Assembly (NCBI GenBank): GCA_902761575.1
Contig: CACWKU010000001.1
Coordinates: forward strand, 22,435 to 86,434
Source of the DNA: an uncultured bacterium
Lineage (GTDB): Bacteria > Verrucomicrobiota > Kiritimatiellia > RFP12 > UBA3636
Direction of reading: 5' to 3'
Length of the DNA stretch: 64,000 nt
Part shown: positions 17,159 to 27,173 of the stretch, piece after piece
How positions within the stretch are numbered: position 1 is the stretch's first letter
Layout of the letters: each line of letters starts with the position of its first letter
Program-made: the position numbers and the translations under genes
Notes under the pieces: generated by a model
The model's database searches: none
Told to the model about the DNA's origin: nothing
The model's input: the letters and a program-made list of their open reading frames with translations, nothing else

Positions 17159-19524
17159 CGCAGAACCAGGATGGTCGGGGGGTCGCCGTAGTGTTCGAAG
17201 CACCCGACGTCGGGGCCGCCGCCGAAGTCGCGTGGCCGCTTGCCGAGGAAGTCGCGCGCGCCGGCCATCCAGTCGCAGAGAACGCCGGCATCCCTCAGCG
17301 GCGACTTCGCGCGGGGAGACCAGTCTCCCTTGTCCGGCTTCGCGAAACGGACGCCCCTTTCGTCGCAGGCCGCCGTGATCCGCGCGGACGCGCCCGACGG
17401 ATCGCGCGCGAGGACCTCCGCGACGGCGTTGGCGCTTCCGCCCTCGACGACCGTGCTCGCGATCCGGACCACGTTGGTCAGGGACGGGCAGTTGTCGACG
17501 GGGGACTCGCACCAGTAGAGGCCGGGCGCGCCCCTGTACTTCCGGCCCCAGGGCCAGCCGTCGGTCTTCGGGAGGTTGTCCCAGAACACGCAGTTGGTGA
17601 TCGCGGGGACCGACGAGTCGTTCTGGAAGTAGACGAGGCCTCCGACGTTGCGGACGAAGGTGCAGTTCGCGAGGGCGGGGAAGCTGCCCAGCTTGAACGG
17701 GCACCGGTTGTCGACGAAGAGCGTGCTGGTGATCTTGGCGACGGACGCGTCCGGCGACCGGAAGAAGGACGGCAGTTGGCTTCCGCTCGACGAGGTGTTG
17801 ATCGTCGTCGCGGTGTCCGAAACCACGCATCGGTCGAGCCGGGCGCGGCCGTAGAAGAGCCCGGCGTTCGAGGAATCGAGCACGTTGCCGGCGATCGTGC
17901 AGGCAACGAGGCGGACGGCTCCGTTCGGGCAGTCGCCGTTGTTGGAGCCGAACGTCATTCCGGCCAGCCCGCCGCCGTCCGAGCGGAGCGTCTGGTTCCG
18001 GAAGACGCAGTTCGTAACGGTCGTGTGGCTCGTCGCGGCGACGGATGTCTGCCCCCGGCTGGCGGTCCGCTCGACGTAGCAGGCGTCGAACGCCGAATTC
18101 TCGATCCAGAGCGAACCGTAGATCGCGCCGCCTGCGTTCCACATATCGGTCCAGGACGTTCCGCACCGGACGAACTCGCATCCGTCGACGATGCCGTATT
18201 CGGACCGCGCGTCGAAGTCCGTGTGCGTTTCGTCGGGGGCGTAGATCGCGCCGCCGAAGCGCGCCGTGCAGTCGACGAAATCGCAGTCGCGGATGGTCGC
18301 CGTGTTGACCGCCGCCGAACCGTCGAGCCGGATCGCGCCGCCCTTGTCCGAGCTGCCGTTCTTGAAGGTGACGCCCCGGACGGTGAAGCCGGACGCGGAC
18401 ACCCGGAGCAGGTTGGCGGACGAATCGCCGTCGAGGATCGTCTTGCCCTTGCCCTCGCGCGAGACGACCGTCAGGTTCGCCGCGGTGACGTCGATCGCCG
18501 ACGTCGCCGTGTAGATGCCGCGGTTCACGACGACCGTCGCGCCGTTGGTCGCGCCCTCGATCTCCGCCTTGAGCCGGGCGAAGTCCCCGACCGTCGCGAA
18601 GATCTCGAAGGAAACGCCCGCCGGCAGAGAGGTCTTGCCCTTGTCGCTTTCGATCGTGACCGTGCAGACGTAGTCGCCGTCGGCGAGGTTCGGGATGGCG
18701 AACTCGGCCGTCTCGCCGGTCTGGTCGCGGAGGACAGTCACCGGATCGCCGCCGTTCAGGCTGTACGAGACGGAATACTTCGTCGCGGGGTTCCCGTCCA
18801 CGTCCGTGCCCATCCCGACGTCCGCGAGCGCGATGGTCGCCGTCCGGCGGAGCGTGGAGGCGGACAGGGAGCCGATCGTCGGATGGGAGCCCGAGATGAT
18901 CTTGCGGACCTGGACCGCGTTGAAGAAGGCGGGTGCGCCCTCGTATTCGAACGTGAACGACTCGGTCCCGTTCTCGGCCGTGAACGTTCCGACGAGGGAG
19001 CCTCCGTACTGGAAGAAATAGCCTTGCGGCCGGGCGGAACACGAATGGTCCGGAGCCCAGACTTCGGTGCCGGCGGCGCCGGTGTTGGAGACGTCCGTGC
19101 AGTGGAGAATCAACTGCACGGCGTAGGTGGCTCCCGGCGTGAGCTTCTTGAGCTGAAGTTCGTGGTCGCCGACGCTCGACCACCATCCGTGCGACAGCAG
19201 GTTGGAGTAGGCGCCCGAAACACCCGGGGGAGGGACGTTCTCGTCCCCGTGCCAATGCCACTCGCCCGAAAAGCCGAAATCGGGGCATCCGGCGACGTCC
19301 TGCCGCCCGACGAACGGAACGCCGTTGACCGCGTTGGTGACGGCGGCGCCGCCGTTCGCCTGGCACCAGGCGTACGCAAGCGTTCCGTTCGTGATGATCG
19401 AATTGCCGGACTGGCTCATCGTGACCTCCTGCCACGTGACGTACGTCGCGGCGCCGGCGACGGGAACGAACAGAGATCCCGAGAGGATGGCGATCAAAAG
19501 TGTCAGAAGGGTCTTGGATTTCAT
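17155..19524 (-). CDS. secreted protein: N-terminal malectin-like domain, Ig-like domain, right-handed parallel beta-helix (pectate-lyase fold) C-terminal region
   Basis: Start MKSKTLLTLLIAILSGSLFVPVAGA at 19522-19524. Motifs ...HGWWSS...AVQLI...FNAVQVRKI, then beta-helix repeats (DGDSSANLLRVSASGFTVRGVTFKNG...). Confidence 0.65.
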   Translation of the reverse strand: MKSKTLLTLLIAILSGSLFVPVAGAATYVTWQEVTMSQSGNSIITNGTLAYAWCQANGGAAVTNAVNGVPFVGRQDVAGCPDFGFSGEWHWHGDENVPPPGVSGAYSNLLSHGWWSSVGDHELQLKKLTPGATYAVQLILHCTDVSNTGAAGTEVWAPDHSCSARPQGYFFQYGGSLVGTFTAENGTESFTFEYEGAPAFFNAVQVRKIISGSHPTIGSLSASTLRRTATIALADVGMGTDVDGNPATKYSVSYSLNGGDPVTVLRDQTGETAEFAIPNLADGDYVCTVTIESDKGKTSLPAGVSFEIFATVGDFARLKAEIEGATNGATVVVNRGIYTATSAIDVTAANLTVVSREGKGKTILDGDSSANLLRVSASGFTVRGVTFKNGSSDKGGAIRLDGSAAVNTATIRDCDFVDCTARFGGAIYAPDETHTDFDARSEYGIVDGCEFVRCGTSWTDMWNAGGAIYGSLWIENSAFDACYVERTASRGQTSVAATSHTTVTNCVFRNQTLRSDGGGLAGMTFGSNNGDCPNGAVRLVACTIAGNVLDSSNAGLFYGRARLDRCVVSDTATTINTSSSGSQLPSFFRSPDASVAKITSTLFVDNRCPFKLGSFPALANCTFVRNVGGLVYFQNDSSVPAITNCVFWDNLPKTDGWPWGRKYRGAPGLYWCESPVDNCPSLTNVVRIASTVVEGGSANAVAEVLARDPSGASARITAACDERGVRFAKPDKGDWSPRAKSPLRDAGVLCDWMAGARDFLGKRPRDFGGGPDVGCFEHYGDPPTILVLR

Positions 19525-19591
19525 GGTTCGCTCCCGGCTACGGGTTGCCTGGTCGGGCGAACGCGACGACGTCCCCCGCCACGAGTCCGGA

Positions 19592-19648
19592 ATCATAGTG
19601 CATCCGGCCTTGCGACGGTAGGGACGGCGCGGCCAAAAATGGGTAAAT
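19592..19648 (-). promoter_or_regulatory. promoter of 17155..19524: -10 TATGAT plus upstream ATTTACCCATTTTTG element
   Basis: rc ATCATA at 19592-19597. Element AAAAATGGGTAAAT at 19635-19648. Confidence 0.5.
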
Positions 19649-19694
19649 ACGAGGGCGGCCCGGTTGCTCGCCCAGGCGTCATTTCCGACGATGC

Positions 19695-21764
19695 CTACTT
19701 GACGATGATGATCGTGCCAAGGACCGGGCCGAACGTGTATTTCCCGTTGCCCTTCGCGGCGAAGCTCCAAAGCCCCGACCCGGGCGGCACGTCGCCCTCG
19801 AACGCCAGCCGGGGCGTGCCGTCCACGCGACTGGCCGTGAACGCCGTGACGGCGGGGTTGTGCGAATACGTCGCCAGGTTCTCCGGATCCGTGATCGTGA
19901 ACGTCGCGCCGGGCGCGAACGTGAGTCCGGCGGGGAAATCCGCGTACCGGCCCGCGAACAGGTCCGCGCACGAGGCGCGCAGGGAGTTCGTCACCGTGAC
20001 CGCGATGTTGGTGGCCCCTGCCGGGTCCGTCACGGCGCCCGCGCCCGCGAACGAGGAGAGAACGATCGAGTCGGCGCCCTCCGGGAGCCGCAGCGTCGCG
20101 CCGTACTCCACGCGCACGGACGTGTTGCTCGGCACGACGCCGTCCGTCTCGGCATGGAGCGTCCCCGACTCGACCGCTATGCCGTAAAACGTGTTGGTGG
20201 CATAGAGGAAGAGATCGTGAGTCCCGCGCTTCACCAGTTCGCCGCCCAGCCCCGCGTTGTCGGAGAGCGTGAGCGCGCATTCGTAGCGCGTAGCGCGGTT
20301 GTAGCTCTCCACATACGCCTTCGCGTTGTCGCTGTAGTCGCATCCGCGCGAGGTGACAACGACCCGCGAATGCGTCTTCGTTTCGTAGTCGTATTCGACG
20401 TAGGCGCTCGCGCCCCAGCCGGTCTCGTCCTCGAACACGATGCGCGCGGGGCCGAAATATGGCTCCGTCGTGTAGTCCCCCTCGGTCGGCAGAGCGACGG
20501 ACGCGACGCCCTTTCCCGTCGGCGCGGCAAACGAAAAAGGCATATGACTCACGGGGTTGTTTCCGGTCAATTCCGACGTGTCGATGACGAGGCCTTTCTT
20601 CCAGACGACGAAATGGCTGGGATTGCCCTTGTAGAAGTCCGCATGAGTCGGCCCAACCCCCGTCCAGTCGCTCGCCATCGTCGGCATCAGCGTTCCGCCG
20701 TCGGCGTTGACGGTAATGAGCGAAGCCGCGCCGGCAGCCCGGTGCTTGAAGAAACGCGCGGCCTTTACCGTCGCGCCGTCCTTCACGTTGAACACGTTTG
20801 TGGAAATCGTTCCGTTCCCGCCGCCAAACCGAAGCGTCTCGGTCGTAAGCAGCGTCCCCTCGCCCGACACCGTGACGTCGGAACAGCCACCGTAATCGCT
20901 AAGAAGAAAGCGCTGGGTCTGTCCGCCTTGCGTAACGCACGTGTCGTTCGTGCCGCCGGCCAGGTGGAACACGGCCGTTCCGGCGCGACTGGCGTGCACG
21001 GCGCTCTTGCTCCCGCCCTCCAGTTTGAAGAGCCCGCCCGTCTGGATAAAGCTGCCAAAACTGCCGGCGGTATGCGCGACATGGACGTTGTTGCTCACGT
21101 ACGCTTCGCCGCCCGACATGGCCCAGTGCCCTATGTCCGTGGCATTCATGCCGACTGCCGTTTCACCCTTCGCGACAAGGATGCCGCCCGTCTGGTGGAA
21201 CACGCCATAGCCGTCGTTTCCAACGCGAACCTTGTTGAGAAGCGTGTGCCCGTCGCCCATCAGAGACCGGCTTCCGCCTTTCACGATGAACCAATCGCGG
21301 AACACGCGCGATGCCGTGCTGATCATTTGCATAAGACCTTGGTCGATTTGCACACCGCACGCGAGGTCGACATTGCCGTTTAGGTACAGTACGCCCGTCC
21401 CCCTCTTGCGGAACAAGATGTCCGACGTGGTGGTCGAGCCGCGGGTCAAGGTTCCGTTGAGACGCAATTCGTTTGATCCGGCGGTTTCGATGTAGAGAGC
21501 GCCTTCCTCGATCACCACGTCGCCCGAATACTCCGTCGTCGTCGTCCGCAGCACCACCGTTCCGGCACCCCTCTTCACGACCCGCGAGAAACCGTCAATC
21601 GCCGCAACGACCGTATACTCTTCGCCGGCGTCGGCCGTCACGACGTAGTCCGTACCTTCCGCACCCTCGCTGCCGGCCCGCGCCGAGAGCGGGGCGAACA
21701 ACGTGCACGATGCGATGGTCGCCGCGAGGGTGGCGGCGGCGTTTCTCCTTGCGATGCATTTCAT
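19695..21764 (-). CDS. secreted autotransporter-associated beta-strand repeat (PATR-like) protein
   Basis: Track ORF. N-terminal signal/lipobox-like AATLAATIASC. Repeated G-rich beta-strand units (GTGVLYLNGN..., GGTLM...). Confidence 0.5.
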   Translation of the reverse strand: MKCIARRNAAATLAATIASCTLFAPLSARAGSEGAEGTDYVVTADAGEEYTVVAAIDGFSRVVKRGAGTVVLRTTTTEYSGDVVIEEGALYIETAGSNELRLNGTLTRGSTTTSDILFRKRGTGVLYLNGNVDLACGVQIDQGLMQMISTASRVFRDWFIVKGGSRSLMGDGHTLLNKVRVGNDGYGVFHQTGGILVAKGETAVGMNATDIGHWAMSGGEAYVSNNVHVAHTAGSFGSFIQTGGLFKLEGGSKSAVHASRAGTAVFHLAGGTNDTCVTQGGQTQRFLLSDYGGCSDVTVSGEGTLLTTETLRFGGGNGTISTNVFNVKDGATVKAARFFKHRAAGAASLITVNADGGTLMPTMASDWTGVGPTHADFYKGNPSHFVVWKKGLVIDTSELTGNNPVSHMPFSFAAPTGKGVASVALPTEGDYTTEPYFGPARIVFEDETGWGASAYVEYDYETKTHSRVVVTSRGCDYSDNAKAYVESYNRATRYECALTLSDNAGLGGELVKRGTHDLFLYATNTFYGIAVESGTLHAETDGVVPSNTSVRVEYGATLRLPEGADSIVLSSFAGAGAVTDPAGATNIAVTVTNSLRASCADLFAGRYADFPAGLTFAPGATFTITDPENLATYSHNPAVTAFTASRVDGTPRLAFEGDVPPGSGLWSFAAKGNGKYTFGPVLGTIIIVK

Positions 21765-21833
21765 GGGGAGTCTCCTGGCTGGGTCGGGTTTTCTGTCGTC
21801 CGCCGCGGACGATGCCCGCGCCGGACGCCCCCG

Positions 21834-21891
21834 ATTCTACGCCCACACGCTCGCGGAAGGATAGGTACAAGATGCGCAAAATCTGGTAAAT
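21834..21891 (-). promoter_or_regulatory. promoter of the PATR protein gene: -10 TAGAAT plus upstream ATTTACCAGATTTTG element
   Basis: rc ATTCTA at 21834-21839. Element TGGTAAAT at 21884-21891. Confidence 0.5.
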
Positions 21892-21947
21892 ATGAGACCA
21901 GGCCACCGCCCGCGACGAAGTCGCGTGGCGGCATTCTCGGTTCGCGG

Positions 21948-23765
21948 TCAGGTTCTTTCGACGGTAATCCGCGCGGAGAACGCGAGGCCGGCGCGGAGGG
22001 GCGCCGTCAGGTAGGCGTAGAGGAATCCCGCGATCGGGGAAAAGGCGCGGTCGCCGCGGTCGGTCTTCGCAAGTTCGAACGGCAGGTCGGATTCGACCGT
22101 GACGACCGCGTCGCCCCGCCGGATTCGGACGCGCCCGTCCGCGAGTTCGACGCGGTCGGCGGCCGTCGCGACGAGCGGAAGCACGAAGCGCGCGTCCGCC
22201 TCGCACATGCCGACGATCGAGAACGCGTTCCCGTCCACGCGCGAAACCAGTTCGTAGGCCGCGCCGCGCGTCCCGTCGCGCCCCGTCAGACGGCCGCGCG
22301 CGCGGCATTCGACGGCGCCCGCGGCGGATGTTGACTCCATCTCGGCGTCCGCGTCCCGCGCGGAGCTCGAAGAATCGTTCGCCTCGATGCGCGGCATCAT
22401 CGAAAGCACCGTCCGCTCGTGGCGGAGGTCCTGCAGGTTGCGGGCCTCGACGATCGCGTAGTCCGCCATCGTGCCGACGACGAGCGGCCCGACCGCTTCG
22501 TGCCAGACCATCGACGGACCGCCGCCGGAAACCCGGAGCCCGGTCATGCCCTGCGCGAAGGAGTCTCCGCCCGCGAACGTGACGCGCCAGGGACCGACGG
22601 CGGCGAGCGCCACGCCGATCGAGGGGAAGGACTTGAGTCCGTAGGCGCGTTCGCGCGGCAGGGGCGCATCGGCGCCCCGCTCGGGGATCGAATCGTCCAG
22701 GAGGACGTCGACGACGGACTTCGCGTGCGTGAACGAATGGTGGATGCATGCCGGCTCGCCGGCCGCCTCGTACTGCACGCCGCCCGCCAGAAGGCCGGAG
22801 GCGTTCGTGCAGCGCTCGTACAGGGCGAGGTGGAGCCCCATCGCCCTCGCGGCCCAGGGCACGCCCGACTTGGCGAGGGCGCCGAGGATCGGCAGGAGGC
22901 CGTCCGACGTGCGGCTGCCGTAGTACGTCCACTTCGCGCTCCGGCTCCCGAAGGAGTCGTCCACGCCGCCGTCGGGTAGGAGGAACTCGGCATGCACGGC
23001 CGCCGAGGCGAGGACGGCGTCCTTCATCCGCCCGTCGCCGCAGAGTTCGGCATACGCGAACAGAGACGGCAGCGACTCCTCCAGATTGTAGCCGAGGTCG
23101 ACGTACGCGTGCCCGCGCGGCGAGCGGTGCGACATCGGCGCGCCTTCGCCCGTGAAAAGTCCGTCCGGAAGGAACGACTTCATCACGCGGTCGGCCATCG
23201 ACCGGGCCAGAGCCGTCCTGCCGGCGTCGCCCAGTACGCGCCCGGCGAGCGCCATCGCCTCGCAGAAGGACGCCGGATAGTTCACGTTGGTGGACTCCAC
23301 GAACGACTCGTCGAACCGCTCGACGACGAAGTCCGTGTCCCGCTCGAAGAGCGCGCTCCAGCGCACGCGCAGGTCCCGCGGCAGCCGGTCGCCGAAACGG
23401 AGAAGCGTCTTGCCGAGGGCGATCTGCGCGAACACGGTGATGGCCCACCACTGGCTCTGGAAGTCGTTGTAGAGGCCGCCGTCCTCCCGGCGCATCGCGG
23501 CCTCCGTCCAGTCGACGGCCCGCTCCGCCGCCGCGAGGTACTTCTCGTCCCCCGTGCGCGTCCAGCGGTAGGCCAGCGGATAGGCGAGGTCGCCGACGCG
23601 CCCGTGGAGGACGCCGCACGCGGGGCACGCGATCGCGCCGTCGAGCATTGGGTCGCCCGTTCCCGCGATCTGCCGCGCGAGGAGGGCGTCGCACCACCGG
23701 GCGACGAGCCCCTCGGCGGCCTCCCGGCTCCAGGACGAAGACGTTGAAAGCGTGTTGGATTCCAT
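21948..23765 (-). CDS. hypothetical ~605-aa protein, possibly an alpha/alpha-toroid glycoside hydrolase or lyase-like enzyme (family not recognised)
   Basis: Start MESNTLSTSSSWSREAAEGLVARW at 23763-23765, 20 nt after the upstream stop. The long track ORF 21948..27086 is a read-through across the upstream gene. Confidence 0.4.
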   Translation of the reverse strand: MESNTLSTSSSWSREAAEGLVARWCDALLARQIAGTGDPMLDGAIACPACGVLHGRVGDLAYPLAYRWTRTGDEKYLAAAERAVDWTEAAMRREDGGLYNDFQSQWWAITVFAQIALGKTLLRFGDRLPRDLRVRWSALFERDTDFVVERFDESFVESTNVNYPASFCEAMALAGRVLGDAGRTALARSMADRVMKSFLPDGLFTGEGAPMSHRSPRGHAYVDLGYNLEESLPSLFAYAELCGDGRMKDAVLASAAVHAEFLLPDGGVDDSFGSRSAKWTYYGSRTSDGLLPILGALAKSGVPWAARAMGLHLALYERCTNASGLLAGGVQYEAAGEPACIHHSFTHAKSVVDVLLDDSIPERGADAPLPRERAYGLKSFPSIGVALAAVGPWRVTFAGGDSFAQGMTGLRVSGGGPSMVWHEAVGPLVVGTMADYAIVEARNLQDLRHERTVLSMMPRIEANDSSSSARDADAEMESTSAAGAVECRARGRLTGRDGTRGAAYELVSRVDGNAFSIVGMCEADARFVLPLVATAADRVELADGRVRIRRGDAVVTVESDLPFELAKTDRGDRAFSPIAGFLYAYLTAPLRAGLAFSARITVERT

Positions 23766-23785
23766 GGTTCCGATTCGTCGGGAGG

Positions 23786-26700
23786 CTACCGGAGGAACTC
23801 CTCCGCGTCGTCGCCGTAGTAGAACAGATGCGTCGAGTGGAGGGCGGCGTCGAACGAGAACACGTCCGTGTCGCGGGCGACGACGCGGCGGCCGACCAGG
23901 TCGACGACGGTCGTCCTGCGCGGCAGGCGGACGGTCTTCGCGCCCGCCGTGCGCGCATGCAGCGTGAACAGCGCGTCGTTCGCCTCGATCGGATCGTCCG
24001 AGTCGCACCAGACGTGCACGCCGGCCTTCGCGGCGAGCGACCGGATGAAGGGGATGTCGAGCTGCCACGCGCCCGAGAAGTACGACGGCGAGCCGTCGAC
24101 CGTCGAGACCGTCAGACCCGGCTTGCCGTTCGCGTAGACGCCCAGCACCTCGTCGGCCGCGACCGGGGCGAACGCCTGCGCGACCTGTGCGTCCGGCATG
24201 CCCATCCAGCGGCCGTCGCTCTCCATCTTCACGCCGGCCACGGTCGGCTCCGCGATGCGCTCGAACCCGATGCCCGTGAGGGCCTTCATGTCCGCGAGCG
24301 AATTCCCCCTGCTCCACCCGGGCGCGTAGAGCCAGAGGATCGTCGCGCCGCGCGCGCGGATCCGCTCCACCGCCTCGCGGACGGAGTCGTCGAAGGTCAG
24401 CTGGTTCAGGAAGACGTACAGCCTGTAGTCGCCGGCGTACCGGCCGAGGTCCTCCGCCAGCAGGAAGTCGACGGGCGTTCCGGAGCGCGCGAACTTCGTG
24501 TGCAGGGCGCCGAAGATCTCGCCGTTGTAGACCGCGAGCCTCTCCTCGGCGCGCTTCACGGTGCCGTCGGGGGCGTACTCCTGCGTCCAGCGGCCCGTCC
24601 GGGCGAACGGGCGCCGGTTGAGCGACGGCGTCGCCACGATCGACCGCTCGCTCGCGACGAGCGCCACCTCGGCATGGCGGCCGACCCGGCGCCCGAGGCA
24701 GAAGCGCATCGCGTCGAGCACGTCGCGTCCGACCTTCGCGCATTCGGGGGAATCGCAGTCGACGCCCGTCGCGAGCGCGTAGAAGTACGGCCAGCCGCCG
24801 CGGCACATCGTGGCGGCCGCGTCGCGCAGCAGCACCGCGGCGGTCTGCTCGGGGGTCAGGGTCTGCTTGAAGCCGTAGAAGTTCGGCCGGATCCGGTTGT
24901 GCGTGCGCGTGTCGTCCTCGTTGACGGCCAGGATGCCGGCGGCGTTCAGCGTGGCGGACGGCTTCATGTCGCCGCAGGCGTCGCCGATCCGGCGCTCGCC
25001 GTAGCTCTGGGGCGAAAGCAGGAAGTCGATCCGCCCGTCGTTCCCGTCCAGCAGCGTCTTGAGGGCGAAGTGCCCGCGCCACTGGTCGAACCCGTTCGCG
25101 TTCAGGTAGAACGTGTAGCCGTAGTAGGTCCCCACGAGCTTGGTGCGCCCGAGCGACCGCAGCACGTCCTTCGCGTGCCCGCACGCCTCCAGCGCGTCCT
25201 TCGCGATGATCCACGAGTTGTAGTCCATGTAGGCGATCGCGTTCCGATGCCGCTCCCCGTCCCAGAGGACGTCCAGGGGCGAATCGAGCGCCTGCCGCTC
25301 GGCGAGGTCGGGGACGTGCGGGTCCGCGAGCCCGGGATACCGTTCGGCGGCGAACGCCGCGAAGGCCTTCTTGTTGACGTCCGAGAAGTCGCGCACGTGG
25401 CCGGGCTTCGCGTCCCATCCCAGCCATTCCACCGTCACGCCCGAGTTCACGCGGTAGCCGATGATCCGGTTGGCGTAGGGGGACGATTCCAGGCGGCGGA
25501 TCGCCCGCTCCGTCATCTCCTTGATCTCGTCGAGCCCGAGGCGGGAGGCATAGCTCCAGCTGAAGCGGCTGGCCGGGACGATGTCCCCGGTTTCGTCGGC
25601 GGACATCTCTTGCGGGTACTTCTGCGCGAAGTCCGCCGGCGGATAGACCGAGAGGTCCCAGACGAAATACGCGTCGGGATTCGCCCGGCGGTATTTCTCG
25701 GCGATGCGGTCGAACGAGGAGAAGTCGTACGTACCGAGCCGCGGATGCCAGTCCACGCAATTGTTGTAGACCGTGACCGCGGTGAGCGGCATGTCGCTGT
25801 GGCGCGGCAGGCGGTCCGGGCGCCGCAGGTACTGGACGCCGCCCCACAGGAGCGGGAACGGCTTGTCGTCCAGATGGACCGTGGGGACGCCCGACACCGG
25901 CTTCACCTCGGCCCGGACGGGACGGTCGAATCCCGGAATCTCGGACGCCTTGCGCGCGGAGATCCGCAGGCGCCCTCCGGGCCATCCTCCCCCGTCGCAG
26001 CAGACGCCGGAGGACGAGAGCCGGATCTCGTATTCGCCCGAATGGCAGTAGAGGGGCGTCTCGAACGGAATCTCCAGCCGCCAGCGGCCGTCCGCGAGGC
26101 GGACGACGTTCGAGCTCCCCAGCGACAGCGTCTCGTCCCACCACGTGGCGTCGTTGCGGCGCAGCGCGAGGTCGGCCTCGAAGTCTCCTTCCGGCGGCGT
26201 CCCCTCGAACTCGTAGCGGAGCGTCGCCGTCTCGCCCGCCCGGACGCGCGGCGACTCGGGCCCGCCGCCGAGGAAGCGCTGCGGGCGGGCGAAGTCGCGG
26301 TAGACGAGGCGCGTGCAGCGCGGCGGCGCCGGCGGCGGGTCGGAGCAGACGACCCCCGTCCAGGCCCTTCCGTCCACGGACGACTCGAACGAGTCGTCGG
26401 TGTCGATGCGCTCCGTCGTTCCGTCGGCGTAGGCGACGAAGAGCTCCGCCAGCACGCCGCCGGGGTAGGGCCTGCGCACGCCGTACTCCATCCGGGCGTT
26501 GATCGTGTACTCCACGTCCAGCACGTTCTCCCCTTCGCGGAGCAGGGAGCGGACGTTCGCGGACGCCGGCACGCCGTCCGCCGCGCTGCGATCGTAGGCG
26601 GAGCGCATGGCGACGCTCCCGTTGAGGCTGAACGTGGCCATCGTGTCGCCGACGCCCTGGAGCCAGGCGTCCGCGGGCGCGGCCTTCAGCGCGAAGCGCC

Positions 26701-26947
26701 GGCGAAGCCGGTACTTCGGCTCGGGGTCGGCGCCGCCGGCGCGTCCTTCGGCGTCGGCGGCCGCGGAGACGAAGCGGCCCCCGAAGTACGGGCCCCGGAC
26801 GCTGCACGCCGGGTCGTTCGCGGCGTCGTAGAAGTGCGGCGTCACGTCGGGCCATTCGGGGGCGTCCAGTTTTCCCTCCCACGCCGGCCCGGCCATCGCC
26901 GCCGCCGCCGCGAAGACCGCCGCCATCGCCATTCTGTGAACGAACAT
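23786..26947 (-). CDS. secreted glycoside hydrolase, beta-galactosidase-like (GH42/GH35-type TIM barrel) with N-terminal beta-sandwich domains
   Basis: Start MFVHRMAMAAVFAAAAAMA at 26945-26947 (signal peptide). Central region resembles GH42-type beta-galactosidases by eye. Confidence 0.45.
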   Translation of the reverse strand: MFVHRMAMAAVFAAAAAMAGPAWEGKLDAPEWPDVTPHFYDAANDPACSVRGPYFGGRFVSAAADAEGRAGGADPEPKYRLRRRFALKAAPADAWLQGVGDTMATFSLNGSVAMRSAYDRSAADGVPASANVRSLLREGENVLDVEYTINARMEYGVRRPYPGGVLAELFVAYADGTTERIDTDDSFESSVDGRAWTGVVCSDPPPAPPRCTRLVYRDFARPQRFLGGGPESPRVRAGETATLRYEFEGTPPEGDFEADLALRRNDATWWDETLSLGSSNVVRLADGRWRLEIPFETPLYCHSGEYEIRLSSSGVCCDGGGWPGGRLRISARKASEIPGFDRPVRAEVKPVSGVPTVHLDDKPFPLLWGGVQYLRRPDRLPRHSDMPLTAVTVYNNCVDWHPRLGTYDFSSFDRIAEKYRRANPDAYFVWDLSVYPPADFAQKYPQEMSADETGDIVPASRFSWSYASRLGLDEIKEMTERAIRRLESSPYANRIIGYRVNSGVTVEWLGWDAKPGHVRDFSDVNKKAFAAFAAERYPGLADPHVPDLAERQALDSPLDVLWDGERHRNAIAYMDYNSWIIAKDALEACGHAKDVLRSLGRTKLVGTYYGYTFYLNANGFDQWRGHFALKTLLDGNDGRIDFLLSPQSYGERRIGDACGDMKPSATLNAAGILAVNEDDTRTHNRIRPNFYGFKQTLTPEQTAAVLLRDAAATMCRGGWPYFYALATGVDCDSPECAKVGRDVLDAMRFCLGRRVGRHAEVALVASERSIVATPSLNRRPFARTGRWTQEYAPDGTVKRAEERLAVYNGEIFGALHTKFARSGTPVDFLLAEDLGRYAGDYRLYVFLNQLTFDDSVREAVERIRARGATILWLYAPGWSRGNSLADMKALTGIGFERIAEPTVAGVKMESDGRWMGMPDAQVAQAFAPVAADEVLGVYANGKPGLTVSTVDGSPSYFSGAWQLDIPFIRSLAAKAGVHVWCDSDDPIEANDALFTLHARTAGAKTVRLPRRTTVVDLVGRRVVARDTDVFSFDAALHSTHLFYYGDDAEEFLR

Positions 26948-27035
26948 GACTTGACTTCTCCTTCTCGCCGCCGTTCGGGCGTCGCACGGACGGTCTCGCG
27001 GAACGGTCGCCCCCGCCCGCGCGCCACGAACCAGA

Positions 27036-27092
27036 ATGATAGAGGATTCCGGACGGCGGGACAAGGGATGAATCACGCAGATTCAAGTAAAA
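27036..27092 (-). promoter_or_regulatory. promoter of the beta-galactosidase-like gene: -10 TATCAT plus upstream TTTTACTTG element
   Basis: rc ATGATA at 27036-27041. Element CAAGTAAAA at 27084-27092. Confidence 0.5.
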
Positions 27093-27103
27093 CCGCGAGA
27101 CAT

Positions 27104-27144
27104 CTCCCTCGCGTGTCGTGGTGGCACCCCGCCACGCGAGGGAG
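27104..27144 (-). terminator. 12-bp-stem hairpin CTCCCTCGCGTG / CACGCGAGGGAG downstream of the 2097-aa gene stop, followed on the sense strand by TTTT
   Basis: Loop contains a half-copy of the palindrome (GTGGTGGCACCCCGCCAC). Confidence 0.45.
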
Positions 27145-27173
27145 GCGCGCGGCTCGCTTCGTCGGTCGCGCGG